Assembly: GCF_009914755.1 (NCBI RefSeq)
Contig: NC_060947.1
Origin: the human T2T-CHM13v2.0 reference genome, Homo sapiens
DNA length: 64,000 nucleotides
Reading direction: 5' to 3' (one strand)
The notes below the pieces were generated by a model that was not told the origin of the DNA, searched no databases, and saw nothing but the letters and a program-made list of their open reading frames with translations. A program made the position numbers and the translations under genes. Of the stretch, positions 27,992 to 42,409 are shown one piece after another (position 1 is the first letter of the stretch; each line of letters opens with the position of its first letter).

Positions 27992-28643
27992 CAGTGTTTT
28001 TGATGTGTAGCCAACTCAGAATCCTCTGTTTAACCCACAGCATCCACATGGGAAAGAAAACAAACAGAATGACCTCCTCAAGTCTAGAAATATGTGGCCA
28101 GGTTGCCCCAATCCAAACTTCACCTACAGTTTCCTTCAATTTGTGGGACTCCCAGCAAGAAGAATGTGGTAGAAACCATGTTTTAGCACCGTGAATACCA
28201 CTTCACTATGGCTGCTGATATGGTTTGGCTCTGTCCCCAGCCAAATCTCATCTTGAATTGTAGTTCCCATAATCCCTACATGTCGTGGGAGGAACCCAGT
28301 GGGAGGTAATTGAGTAATGAGGGTGGTTACCTCCATGCCGTTCTTGTGATAGTGAGTGAGTTCTCACGAGATTTGATGGTTTTATAAGGGGTTTTTCCCC
28401 CTTTGCTCAGCACTTCTCCTTCCTGCAGTCATGTGAAGAAGGATGTGTTTGCTTTCCCTTCCGCCATGATTGTAAGTTTCCTGAGGCCTCCACAGCCATA
28501 TTGAACTATGAGTCAATTAAACCTCTTTCCTTTATAAATTACCCAGTCTCGGGTGTGTCTTTATTAGCAGCATGAGAACAGACTAATACAGCGGCCATGT
28601 TCTGAAAGCCATTTCTAGCTCTCCTTCTCACTGTTGAGATCTG
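27992..28643 (-). pseudogene. Exon remnant interrupted by THE1C
   Basis: tttctatttcccag| acceptor at 28643. Unique sequence resumes after the LTR: SHSEVVFTVLK/TWFLPH...LEEVILFVFFPMWMLWVKQRILSWLHIKNT. Donor reads gcatgt. Confidence 0.5.
28216..28590 (+). mobile_element. THE1C solo LTR
   Basis: 375 bp; tgatatggtttggctctgtcccc...agcagcatgagaacagactaataca; TSD gctgc/gcggc. Confidence 0.9.
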
Positions 28644-28823
28644 CTGGGAAATAGAAATTGTGGTGAAAGGGTGCAGTGTTTCCTAAACTGAGCTACACAT
28701 GAGAATAACTGTATGTATTAAAAGTATGGATTTCCTGGACCTCACTCCCCTCAGATACTGATTCAGTTGACCTGAGGTTGGACCAGAGAATATATACATT
28801 GATTATCCATTTAAAGTTTTTCC

Positions 28824-29150
28824 ATATATATATGAAATATATATTTCATGGTGTGTGTGTGTGTATATATATATATACATAAAAAATATGTGTGTGTATA
28901 TATACATAAAAATATGTATATATATATAAAATATGTATATATATGTGTGACTAAGTTACAAGTCAAGTAACACTATGTCAATCAAGTCCCCTCTCCTCCA
29001 TTTGATATTTGACCACCTAACACACAGACACACACACACACACACATACACTATGAAATATATGTATCATATATACAATATATCATATATCACCATGATA
29101 TTTATATATGTGTGTGTGTATATATATGTGTGTGTGTGTGTGTGTAGATA
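28824..29150. repeat. Compound (TA)n/(TG)n/(CA)n microsatellite
   Basis: Directly visible; contains a 79-bp unique insert. Confidence 0.9.
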
Positions 29151-29151
29151 T

Positions 29152-29508
29152 AAGACTAAGATTGGACTCTCTCAGAAGCAGACCCTGAGGCAAGAATGTG
29201 AGAGCATGCAGTTTATTTGGGAGGTAATGCTGGGAAGCACTGATAGGGGAGTGAGGAAGGGGAGAAAGCCAATAAAGCATTCACTCAAGATTTTCACCTC
29301 AGGATACAGGTAAGATGGGATATTTGTCAACTTCCATTGTTGACTCTCCGGCATTTCCAGGTTGACAAACAGGTGAACTAAGGGGTCTCTGGCAACCAAA
29401 GAAAGTCCAAAGACAAAGAGTTGCAGCTGTGTTCAGTTGAGGGCCATCTGGTTGGCTTGCACAGAGATCGTGAATGTCCAGTTGGGGCACTAACAGTGTC
29501 TGCTACAA
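29152..29508 (-). mobile_element. LTR16-like ERVL LTR
   Basis: cagaagcagaccctgaggcaagaat...gtttatttgggagg...gtctgctaca. Confidence 0.7.
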
Positions 29509-29686
29509 CAAGCATCCCTGATGTTTTGGATATAACCAAGGCTCAAAGTAGACCAGATTTGAGTAATCTCACTAGGATTTTATGCAAAAACCCAATAGTT
29601 TTATTTGCTTTTTTTTTCATGATCTTGCTGATCAAACTCCCTCTTCTCAACAACCATCAACAAAGATAACAACTCCTGCCTTTTAC

Positions 29687-29784
29687 ATTGAAATGGATTT
29701 CAATTCACTCTGAAATTTAAGCTGCAACATTTACTACCAAACAACTTGTGTGAGCAATGCATAGCTGACTTGAAATGGCTTGGA
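29687..29784 (-). pseudogene. Exon remnant, RGS-like middle (QAISSQLCIAHTSCLVVNVAA*ISE*IEIHFN)
   Basis: Pyrimidine tract ending in taa; AAT|gtaaaa donor; spacing A..I...yi...s...VNi.......I matches RGS helices 5-6. Confidence 0.5.
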
Positions 29785-30289
29785 TTAGAAAAAAAGAAAA
29801 AAGCACAGGGTCTTATCATTTGCAAGAGAGGAAGAAGAGAAGAATCATAGTCCACAGTGAGGTGTTTAAATTGTTTCAGTAGTTATGAAATGAAGAACAT
29901 TGATATTGTCTATGCATCAAGACTGCTTGAGATCCCCTCCAGCTGCAGCATTGGGACCTTAATAAACGAGGCATATTATGTTTATACTTTACTGTTTAAG
30001 TAATGCTATTTCACTCTGTGTAAAGCCACTTAAAACACCAGTGGAAACACATGCATGGACCATGAAACAACTTTAAATGGATAATCAATTTTTATCACAT
30101 ATTGAGGGTTAGACTGGTATATCTGAGTGAATTATGAAAGCCTGTATGTGCTCTGGCTAGGAGTGTTTGCATACCAGATCTTTGTCTTTGTTACAAAACC
30201 AATCTATTGTGAGGTAGTTGGGAGTTTCCAAAATCTAACACTGAAAAACTCTTTTCTTTATGAAAGAATTTTTCAGAACTTTAAATACA

Positions 30290-30610
30290 CAGGTGTATTT
30301 TAGATGTAAAAAACTTAATTCCTTTGTATGACAATGCATGGGATGTGATCAACACCCAAGACATCAAGAAGGTATGACCAGGGTGAACATGAACTTACTG
30401 ATGAAAGTCTAGAATGCACAGTCTACCCTAAAACTACAGGGTATGGTTTTGGAAGAAACATGAAGAAATTGTCTATGCAGTAACTATTAAACACATGGAA
30501 CTCATTATACTCACTAAGCTGGGCAGGATGAGAAGGTAAATGTGGTCAAGGCAAATTTAGATAAATTCATTGATAACAGAATCATAACTGTTCACTGAGG
30601 GGAAATTAGG
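30290..30610 (+). mobile_element. Ancient CR1/L2-clade LINE 3' fragment
   Basis: atggaactcatta...tttagataaattcattgataacag. Confidence 0.4.
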
Positions 30611-31137
30611 CAGGTTCAGGTTACTTCCCTAGCCTCTGAGGATGATGTCGTGGATACAAATTGCCACATTCTTAGAAAGCATTGGTGTCACCTTCAGAGA
30701 TAGCACAAGGTTGGTGGACCACACAGCTGACAAATTGTGACATTATTTATATTCACTAGAGGATGTTGAAAATGTCATAAAACCTGAGTGCCTTTAACCA
30801 CCAAAAAGCCATCAGTTCTTTGATTTCCCTACTTCCTTGAAATACTTGCCCCTGCTTTTCTGGTCCCAAAGCTGAATGAGGTGAAGAATGTGCCCTGCCA
30901 CCATTACCCTCCACTACACATCCCACAAAGTACACACCAACTGTGACTAAGACTTCCTAAAGCACCTTCCAAATCAATATTACCCTCTATTGGTAAGTAA
31001 GGATCCAGAATTATAAGGCAATAGGCCAATCTTAACTCTTTAATAAAGTGGTTCATGCCTCATCCAAATATTCATTAATTCAGCACATTCAACCATGTTC
31101 TAAGCACTAAGCTAGAGTCAAGATAAAAACTCCTGCC

Positions 31138-31468
<331 letters not shown>

Positions 31469-31610
31469 TCACTTTTAAAACCCAGCATTATGTGCAGCGT
31501 GACTAAGTGACAAGTCAAGTAACACTATGTCAGTCAAGTCCCGTCTCCTCCATTTGATATTTGACCACCTAACACACTCATACACTCAGGCACAACCACA
31601 GGGGATACAC

Positions 31611-31755
31611 ATATTCCTTAAATCTGAATCTTCATATCATGACAAGTTTAATCAAGAGTTCTGATGCTATAAAATATGATATTGCACATGTGACAATTTT
31701 ATCCTGTATTAATTGATTCCATTAAGTCTTGGATTTTTTTAAACCAGTCTGTGTG
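31611..31755 (-). pseudogene. Exon remnant, RGS-like N-terminal half
   Basis: tttattcatttcag| acceptor. HTDWFKKIQDLMESINTG*NCHMCNIIF(Y)/IASELLIKL resembles F..Fl......NlxFwlaxExf. Donor is weak. Confidence 0.5.
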
Positions 31756-31906
31756 CTGAAATGAATAAACACATGTATTAATGTAAAATACTCTTACACG
31801 AGAAAGAACATTCTGGTTTTGTTTTGCGTCATCATTCATACAGATCCTTTCTAACCTATGTTATTTTTCAAGGTGTTCATAACTCTCTGAGAATTTATTT
31901 CTATTA

Positions 31907-32583
<677 letters not shown>

Positions 32584-32693
32584 CTTTGAGGACAAAAATA
32601 ATATATGAAAAGTGTTTTAAAAATTAAAATTAAGATAGCTCCTTCCTGCTCTGTAAATGTCATAGCAAAGGAGCAAAATTATATTTCACTTAC

Positions 32694-32741
32694 TTTCAGT
32701 AAAACCTGGAACACCTGCCTTTGATGCAAAATTGGCATAGA
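32694..32741 (-). pseudogene. Exon remnant (48 nt), YANFASKAGVPGFTE
   Basis: Long pyrimidine tract ending in taa (AG apparently lost); AAA|gtaagt donor; phase 1-1. Confidence 0.5.
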
Positions 32742-33392
32742 TTATAAAAAATATGCAAAGAAATGAAAAAAATGTGAAAATATAAAAATGATTGGCTGTA
32801 AAGTATAACTTTCTAAAGGTTTTTATATTCCTGCATCAGATTCTTAAACTCTAGCTGAATTTACTAAGATATCTCAAAAGTAAATAATGGCAAATAAATA
32901 AATTCATTCATTTGCTTAAAAGCAATTTTAAGTACCTAAATATCTTATGTATTAAGTAGTTTATGAGAGTAGTTGAAGGAAGGTAACGAAAGAAGTTACA
33001 AAGTATTTTTAAGTTGTAATTAAACTGGGAAGCAAAACATACAAAACAATCAGAAAATTATAAAATAATACATTAATAAGGAAAAAATAAATAATATAAC
33101 AAAATTTGTATACATAAATGCAGAAAGAACATAGATAAAAGTGTCTGTTTCAGTTTAGAAAAATAATTTATGTACCACAGTAACTAGTCAAAGAAAAAAT
33201 GTATTACATATCCATATACTCTAAATACACGCAAACATAGACACATACACATAATTAAACATTTCTATTACTTCCAGATTATAGTGGTAATCAGGTATTT
33301 TTCTAGTTTATATTGTATCCACTGTAGCTTTTATTTTTTTAATTCTCTAGTTCGAGTTTGATAGTAATATTGAGTAGTAATCCATAAATCGT

Positions 33393-33599
<207 letters not shown>

Positions 33600-33669
33600 C
33601 TAATGGTGAAATCCCCATATATCCTTGAAATGAACTTTGGCTCTGTCTAATTCATATAAAATTCCTTAC

Positions 33670-33926
33670 ATATGTGTTTCCAATTATTCTACATTAGGTA
33701 AAATATGCAATATTGCTATGTTCTACCCAAATATTCTTCTTCCTCGTGTATCTAAATCCTAACACATCTATAACACTCGTTTGATGAATACTAACATTTC
33801 AGTGCACTGGGTAATACATATGTTTTTTATTTGCCACAAAGAACTGTGTTTCCTCAACTGATTTATGTACCACCTGGACAAAATTATTTTTATTATGGTT
33901 TATTTCATTTTCTTCAGCATCCAAAA
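33670..33926 (-). pseudogene. Exon remnant, RGS-like
   Basis: tatttttcag| acceptor and TAT|gtaagg donor. Segments read LDAEENE..., KTYVLPSALK and *QYCIFYLM*NNWKH. Frame is ambiguous. Confidence 0.5.
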
Positions 33927-34186
33927 CTGAAAAATACTTGTAAACTGCCAATGACACAATGACAATGGTAAAAAAAATAATAAAAATAAAAAAGAAAAGT
34001 CTTAGAATTCAAAAGCAAAACTCCACATTTCTTCAGAGACACCCAAAGAAAAATGTAGCTGCAACATTTTTAAACTAGTAAATTCAAAGTAAAACCAAAC
34101 AGCAGCCCGGGTAATTTATGAATGTCCTTATGGATACAAATAGCTAACCAACTTACAAATAACTTTGTAGGTTGCCTTAAGAGTCT

Positions 34187-34764
<578 letters not shown>

Positions 34765-35037
34765 AATGCCCAGTTTTATTCTCTCCTCTGACCAATCCAT
34801 AGACTTTGTGGAGGGGAAGGTGAGGTGTTCTGAATTATACCAAATAACATACACATTTGTAAATTGTGGATTTACAAAGTAATCTGCAAAGCAATTACAC
34901 ATTATGCCCACCCCTATGCACACATACACTCATATACATGCTCACAGAGTCATGGCTCTATGTGTGATCTCTATAAACACTCACATGCAGACAGAATGTC
35001 TCCATGTGCATTATGAATTACCTACTAGCTTCTAGAG

Positions 35038-35260
35038 CAGGGGCGTCCAATCTTTTGGTTTCCCTGGGTCACACTGGAAGAAGAAAAATTGTCTTGGGCC
35101 ACACATAAAATACACTAATACTAATGACAGCTGATGAGAAAAAAAAAAGTCGCAAAAACATCTCATAATGTTGTAAGATAATTTACAAATTTATGTTGGG
35201 CCACATTCAAAGCCATCCTGGGCCGCATGTGGCCTGTGGGCCGCAGGTAGAAAAATCTTG
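35038..35260 (+). mobile_element. MER30 hAT MITE
   Basis: caggggcgtccaatcttttgg...; perfect 8-bp TSD ttctagag. Confidence 0.85.
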
Positions 35261-35374
35261 TTCTAGAGGCTTCCAGATATATTTCACAAAACTGATTTGG
35301 AACCAGCAGTATAGAGTAACTTGTATAATCTAGTTGGGAGCTGCAAGCTAGTTCCCAGAATTGCGTAGCCTAAC

Positions 35375-35452
35375 CCACATAACAGCCAGTAAACTCTGCT
35401 GGATGGGTTGAGTTATTTCTCAGCATCCCCATAACAAACAGTGGCTTTTTTC
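35375..35452 (-). pseudogene. Exon remnant (78 nt)
   Basis: ttgacttgtccacag| acceptor, GTGG|gttagg donor, phase 1-1; degenerate LxxWxDAEK-like motif across frameshifts. Confidence 0.45.
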
Positions 35453-35561
35453 CTGTGGACAAGTCAAACAGAAAATTCTCATTTCTCTACCGAAGAATGA
35501 ATTTATTTTACATTTATTGAGAACTCACTGTGCTCAAAGCTGTGTTGCTTATGAACAAAGA

Positions 35562-35563
<2 letters not shown>

Positions 35564-35599
<36 letters not shown>
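35564..35599. repeat. (CA)n microsatellite within an L2 fragment
   Basis: Directly visible. Confidence 0.95.
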
Positions 35600-35601
<2 letters not shown>

Positions 35602-35984
35602 CAAGACCAAGGTGAATATAGTAGCTGCTATCAGGAAGGTCCAAATGGAAATGAGAATGCAGAGGCAGGAGATATTACCTTTGACCAAGGAGTTCAAGGG
35701 TGATTTCATGAAGGAAGTCTTGGTTTGGCTATTCCTTAAAAGATAGGTGTGAATTCAATGGGTGGGAATGGGGTTAGAGAAGGGAGTGGGCATAGAAGTG
35801 GAAAAAGTAAAAAAGTCACTGAAGAGTACAATATGATCTGAGCACGGTGTCATGATAGAGAGATGATGAAGCCAGACAAGACCAGTAGCTGGGAGCAGAC
35901 AAAGGGAGCTCCAATTAATACAGTGAAGAACTGGGTGGGCAATAAAGATCCATAAGAAGGTTTTCATTATTTGTTTTTAAACTG

Positions 35985-36755
35985 TTTTTTTATTGTGAAA
36001 TATACCACAAATTCAGGGAAGTATATAAATCAAAAGTGTTCAGCTAAAGAAATTGCATCAAACAAACAAACAGGTCAAGAAATAGAACATTGCTAGCACC
36101 TCAGGGGCACCCTCTTCAGGTGTTCTTCTAATCACTTCATCACTCCCTCAAAGGTAACCACTAATCTGATTTTTACGATAATGACATCTTCACTTTTCTT
36201 TATAGTTTTACCACCTAGGCATGCATTCCTCAAACATAGTTTAATTTTGCTGGTTTTGCAAACTTTGTGTAAGTGCAATTATGTAGTATATATTATTTTG
36301 CATCTGGTTTCTTACATTCAGTGTTGTATTTGTGAGCTTCATCCGTGATGTTGTGGGAGCTGTAGTTCTTTTTATTTTTTATTTTATTTTTTTGCTGTAG
36401 GGCAAGTTTGTTCAACCCGCAGCCCATGGGCCACATATGGCCCAGGATGGCTTTTAATGTGGCCCAACACAAATTCGTAAACTTTCTTAAAACATGAGAT
36501 TCTTTTGAGATTTTCTTTCAGCTCATCAGCTATTGTTAGTATATTTTATGTGTGGCCCAAGACAATCCTTTTTCTTCCAATGTGGCCAAGGGAAGCCAAA
36601 AGATTGGACATCCCTGCTGTAGAGTATTCCTTTTTGTGAATATACCACATTGATCCATTCTACTGTTGGCAGATATTGGGATTGTTTCTAGTTTGGGGCT
36701 ACCATGAATAGTGTTGCCTTCTTGTACCTGTCTCTTGATGCATGTATCGTCTCCT
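35985..36755 (-). mobile_element. Old L1M 3' end
   Basis: ggtaaccacta and ttgtttctagtttggggcta motifs; interrupted by MER30. Confidence 0.7.
36403..36616 (-). mobile_element. MER30 hAT MITE
   Basis: Reverse complement of 35038-35260; TSD ctgtaggg/ctgtagag. Confidence 0.85.
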
Positions 36756-37219
36756 GATGAGAGGAGTGCTGCACTTTAGGCCAATCAGCGTCACAGTAAC
36801 ACGTAAAGATAGAGTAGCCTACAGAGAGACTTGTGACCAGGAAACTCCTTTGGAGATCAGGAAACTAGGTAGGCATCCCCTAACTAGCCTTGAGGATCCA
36901 ACTTGGATTGTTGCCTCAGTTGGCAAAACTCACTAGGCTGAAAGTCTTCAGTTTCCAATATTCAAATCAAAGTAGGAGTAGTTTCTCTGGATTTTTTTTT
37001 CTTTTAGCATTTAGCAGGAGTAAGGAGTTGGTCCATGATTAACTCCATCACTGGTCTATTTATGACCTACTTTAATTTTTCGTTCTATTTATTTGGTTAG
37101 TTTGAATACTGTAATAGGCAACTGCAAATCCACAGCCCCAAACAAAAGACAGGACCTTGGTAATGACCACAGCTAACTGTATGTTTCCCTCATCGTTCCA
37201 TCTTCTGGCCTCTCCCTAC

Positions 37220-38056
37220 CTCGTGCAGAGGTATTTTTGAACATTACATAAAACCCTCAAAAAGGACTATCGACCCCAAGTAAGTATGAATTTGTGCTAG
37301 GCAAGTAGAAAAGAATATTGATTTCATTCTCTTTATGTCCTATTACTTCCAGGGAGGCAGACAAATGTTAAAACGATAAGTTGTGTGAATCATGTGAATA
37401 TACATTCTTCTGGGACAAAGCAATTGCAGAGTCTTTATAGTTTTTTCATATGTAACTACTCATTCCCTTTAGAAGGATTTCTAGCAAAAATATAGCTTAT
37501 GCAACAACAGACTTCAAGATGATCCAGGCTATCTGAGAAACCTATTCCTTGATGATAAAATCGAATGGTAACACAAAGTTTAAATGCCTCTTCAGTATGT
37601 TTTGCTACAAAAATCGCTTAGTTTTCAATTTAACCATGCATTTAATCCTTTGGTGAACTGAGTAATGCCAGGACAGAGTGTAAAGGAACTGGAACATCAT
37701 GAGTTTGAGAAAAGGACAATAAATCCAATATTGCAAAATTACAGTAGATGGTGCTAGATGGGTGCAAAAGACTCCAACAGCCATCTGGGCCACCTTCAAG
37801 ATTTCTCCTGAGCTTAGCAGTTTAGAAAATGTGCAATTTAGATTTATCAATTCAGGAGAGGCACTCAGATAAAACAGTTGAATTAGTGAGATCAATGAAT
37901 GCAGAACCCTATAATTAGACAATGTTAAGGTTTTTATGGAAATTAACAATGAAGACAACTTTAAAGCCGTGGTCAAATCGTTGATCTTTCTGGGGTGTTG
38001 GTGCCAATGTTAAATTACTAAAAGAATGATTTTCCATTCATCTAAAATAACGTCAT
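37220..38056 (-). pseudogene. Large exon remnant: RhoGAP-like C-terminal half plus linker
   Basis: ttaactttacag| acceptor (phase 1). Contains ORF 37605..37976 with TLTLSNYRVLHSLISLIQ (like LPxxNYxxLxxLxxxL) and MAVGVFCTHL (like LAIVFGPxL). Donor CGAG|gtaggg at 37220. May be two exons. Confidence 0.65.
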
Positions 38057-38735
38057 CTGTAAAGTTAATTTTTAAACTAATTTGCTCTTGGTATTAGTTA
38101 TCATTTATACAGTATTTGTACACTTTGTAGGTTAGCTTTGAGATTTAAATGTCCTATATAATGTATGCAAAGTGATTTACAAAGCATTACCTAGTATAAA
38201 TTATTCTACACATGTGAAGTATTATTATTTTTATTATTATTACCTAAAGTGCTTATTAAATATTTGTATTCATTACTTTTTTACAGCCACTTTGTCCTGG
38301 ATATTCTTCTTATTATTCTTTTAGCTTTTCAGGTGAAACAACTGAGACATAAGATAATGAAGTGAACAATTTCAAACATGTATATATTCCCCTTGCAGCA
38401 GCAGTACAAAATGACTTTCAATCAATGAACCAGAGATCAGGCAAGCACCTGTCCTTAATGAGAGGGTTATCTGGGGTTAACCCTAGATACAATGAAAATT
38501 AACAATGGGAGCGATTCCAAACCATCTCACTGTTGTGTCTCTATAACAGATGCTTCCCTCCCATGATCTGCTGAGCACTCGGTGGATGCATTGGTCCTTA
38601 GCTTCCTTGGAGAAAGGAGCAACATGACAGCACTAAACACACTCAGGATGTGACTTATCAGAATCTGTCAGTGACTGCAGGAAAATGTTGGATCTGACGT
38701 TAAGTAACCCTTTTTCTCTCCCCAGAGCCACATAC

Positions 38736-38822
38736 GGTTGAGGTTCATGTGTCGGACAGGGCGTGGAAGAAATTCCTTTTCTGGAAGTTAACCTCTATTG
38801 TCCAGCATCTGATATGTCCAGC
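38736..38822 (-). pseudogene. Exon remnant (87 nt), GWTYQMLDNRG*LPEKEFLPRPVRHMNLN
   Basis: ttttag| acceptor, ACC|gtatgt donor, phase 1-1. Joined to the previous exon it gives IVRSRLKGWTYQM..LP, resembling the RhoGAP VASLLKxxLRELPEPLLP helix. Confidence 0.65.
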
Positions 38823-39278
38823 CTAAAATATTCTCTTAAGTGCATATTAGCAAATCCTTGGAACTCCAAAGGCTTTTTCAGAGGCTGAAAGGTCAGATGT
38901 TTAAGTGAATTCTCTGTATTTATGAATCATTATGGCCTATTGATTGAATGTGTGAGATGTAGTTCTAATGTCTGTCTGCTTTACGTAAAAAGTTCTATGG
39001 ACAGGGATATTATCCACAATGAGGGGGTCTTAATGGTGTTTTGATTTTTACAGGACCTAGCACCTAAATCGTTAAATAAATATAATTAATATTACTATTT
39101 GTATTTAAAAATAAGTCAAGTGAATATTTCTTTTATTTATTTTCCAATACATGTTTAGTATTTATTGTCCCCAGAAAAATGTGCCTCGTCCTTGCTGTGA
39201 TCAATAGTCACAGTAGTCATGGTGGAGATGTCTTCTCCAATCACACTGACAATATATGCAGAAACTAGTATGCAATAG

Positions 39279-39625
<347 letters not shown>

Positions 39626-40461
39626 TAAAAATCTATATTTTCTAATGTCATAGAAGCTATTGCTGTAGTTGCCCAGCATCCGACTTTCAAATGTTAATAA
39701 TTAGGCTGTGGGCCAGGCCTATTGCTCAGCAGCTAATGCACTGCGCATGCTACCGCACAGGAGACCTCGGTCTGGTGCTAGCCGGAAGCTCTCCTATCTT
39801 CCAGCAGGAGCGAGGAGCCCTGTGGAGGTGACACTGGGCGCCTTAGAGGAGAGAGCTGCGTGATGTATCACCACTCACCAGCCCTTGCCGGAGACCTGTT
39901 TAGAGTGAGATTACAGTCTCAGCAGAGCCTCTCATTTCTCCTGGTCACGGGGTTACAGAGCACTTTACAACTTGTGCTACAGGAAGGCAGGGAGGGATTT
40001 AAATGAGAGACTGGAAGAGACCCTCCATAAACCTCAGCCAGAGCAGCCCTGACTCACAGTAAGTTTCTGCTTCCGCTGGCTTACAGATAGCCAGATCAAT
40101 GTTTTTAGAAAAATGTAAGCTTTAAACATGGAATGGAATATGAATTGACCATATTTCATCTGATCACAAATTTACCAGACAACTTGGAAAGCCTCTGAAA
40201 TTCTGGCACTAAAATGGTTCTTTCTCAGAATTGGGGTATCTTTACTATTTATCTCTATGGAGCACCTACTAACACTAATGGGAGAACAACCCTAATAAGG
40301 TCAACAAAAATGTTCTTGTAATAGTGTTCATTAACAGCGCTGCTAGATGACTGCTTAAAATCGTTTCTGCTATAGTCTCTCCCGTAGATGAAATCATTTG
40401 CTTCATTTTTAACCGTTGCTTGGAATTCTGTGCTTTCCAAATCTTCATCTGTGTTCCTTAC

Positions 40462-40532
40462 CTTTAAGACGTGACCGAACAATTTTAATTCTCAATTTCT
40501 GGGGCCAGGTTCAGTGCTTTTTGAACACTAAT
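40462..40532 (-). pseudogene. Exon remnant (71 nt), ISVQKALNLAPE/LRIKIVRSRLK
   Basis: tgttttggcag| acceptor and AAG|gtaagg donor; one frameshift needed; phase-1 end matches the next exon. Confidence 0.65.
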
Positions 40533-41016
40533 CTGCCAAAACATGAGATAATATTCCTTTCTTGAAATTGCTATCAGTATTACCATCCAAGGGCCCCCAT
40601 CAGCTGCCCAGGTTCCTAACCTCATCACTTTGTTTTTCTCCTCTCCTTTTCCTCCCACATACAATTTACCACAAAGCCAAGCTGTTTAGTTTTTTTTCTC
40701 CACAATATCTCCAATATGTATTTGTTAATCTCATAAATATTTATGAAGTACTAGGAACAATGCTACAAATGGGAGTTCTGTGCTAGGGCTACGCATGGGC
40801 TCTATTTATTTTCATGGTCATCACCTTGGACCATGTCCCTGGTTGACTAAAGACGGCCTCAAATTTTGACAGCTCTCTCATTGAGAAATTTTATACATTT
40901 AATGAGATTATAAACCTTTTAAGGTATAGACCCTATGATCTATACATGAATTGAATATATGACCCAGCACAGCTAACATTTGTTAACCCATCAAAAATAT
41001 TCATGTCAATTAGAAC

Positions 41017-41504
41017 TTGACAGAATCCTGTCAGTGTTGATGTGATTCCTGGGAGTCTTCCCAAAAGTTTGAAAAGGCTTTTATCTCTAGAATCAGAAAC
41101 TTTATTTATTTATTTATTTATTGAGACAGGGTCTCACTTTGTTGCCCAGGGTTGGTGTGCAGTGGTGGGATCTCAGCTCACTGCAGCCTTAAATTCCTGG
41201 GCTCAAATGATCTTCCCACCTTAGCCCCCCGAGTAGCTGGGACTACAGGCACCTGCCACCATGCCCAGCTAGTTTTTTGTATTTTTTGTGGAGACAAAAT
41301 TTCACCATGTTGCTCAGGCTGGTCGCGAACCCCTGAGCTCAAGCGATTCTCTTGCCTCAGCCTCCCAAAGTGCTGGTATCACAGGCATGAGCCACTGCGC
41401 CAGGCTGAGAATCAGAAACTTCGTATTGAATTGTCTAAATTTCCCTTGAAATAGCTTATTACAACTTTTTCGTACGATGATTTATAAAAATTGTGATTTT
41501 TTTC
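41017..41504 (-). pseudogene. Exon remnant, RhoGAP-like, interrupted by an AluJ
   Basis: cttctttctgttatag| acceptor. Removing the Alu and one TSD gives one frame: [60 protein letters not shown] aligns with the GLFRxxG motif. Donor is weak. Confidence 0.5.
41103..41406 (-). mobile_element. Alu (AluJ)
   Basis: J diagnostics; TSD agaatcagaaactt. Confidence 0.9.
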
Positions 41505-41943
41505 CTATAACAGAAAGAAGTAAATATTTCCAAAGATTTTCTAGTGTATTTTAACAGATCAGATCTGTACACCTGGTAGAGACCCCATAAATAGTTTGAA
41601 TCTGCCATGTAAATTTCACTGGGCAGTGATAATTCATGTCCTTAGATTTATTTTTTTGGCTTTATTGGGGTATAATTGCTGTACCAAAAATACATACATG
41701 TAATATATGCATCTATGCATCTTGAGTTTGGTTATGTCCTTAAATTTAAATGCTGATTTTAAGTTATCAATAAAACACTTAAACTCTACAAGTGCTTTGC
41801 AGTCATTCTGGATGGAATCTAACTAGCTTAATTTGAAATTTAGTGTAGCTGACAAAAAGCTATTAAGAGTAAAGTTGATGGGTCAAAGCATGGTAAGTTT
41901 AAAACTACATAAATATGCTGCACAAACAAAAATAACGACCTTC

Positions 41944-41998
41944 CATTGTTCAGAGAATTCTTATTTCTTCAGCAATTGCTTTAGGCCTTCACCTACCA
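41944..41998 (-). pseudogene. Exon remnant resembling the RhoGAP N-terminal lead-in (VGEGLKQLLKK*EFSEQW)
   Basis: Pyrimidine tract plus aag| acceptor; resembles the vFG.pL..ll lead-in of RhoGAP domains; donor appears mutated (gaaggt). Confidence 0.4.
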
Positions 41999-42011
41999 CT
42001 TAGTTGAGTAA

Positions 42012-42361
<350 letters not shown>

Positions 42362-42409
42362 TAAGCAATGTTGACCCTGGTTATTATGTGTGCTTTATTT
42401 TTACAGACA

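Noticed and set aside
38708-38725. Strong plus-strand acceptor ccctttttctctccccag
   Set aside because: No convincing partner donor or reading frame; it overlaps the flank of a minus-strand exon.
40255-40482. Protein-looking ORF MFGHVLKVRNTDEDL...
   Set aside because: Crosses the strong gtaagg donor at 40461 into presumed intron, in a different frame from the phase-compatible exon.
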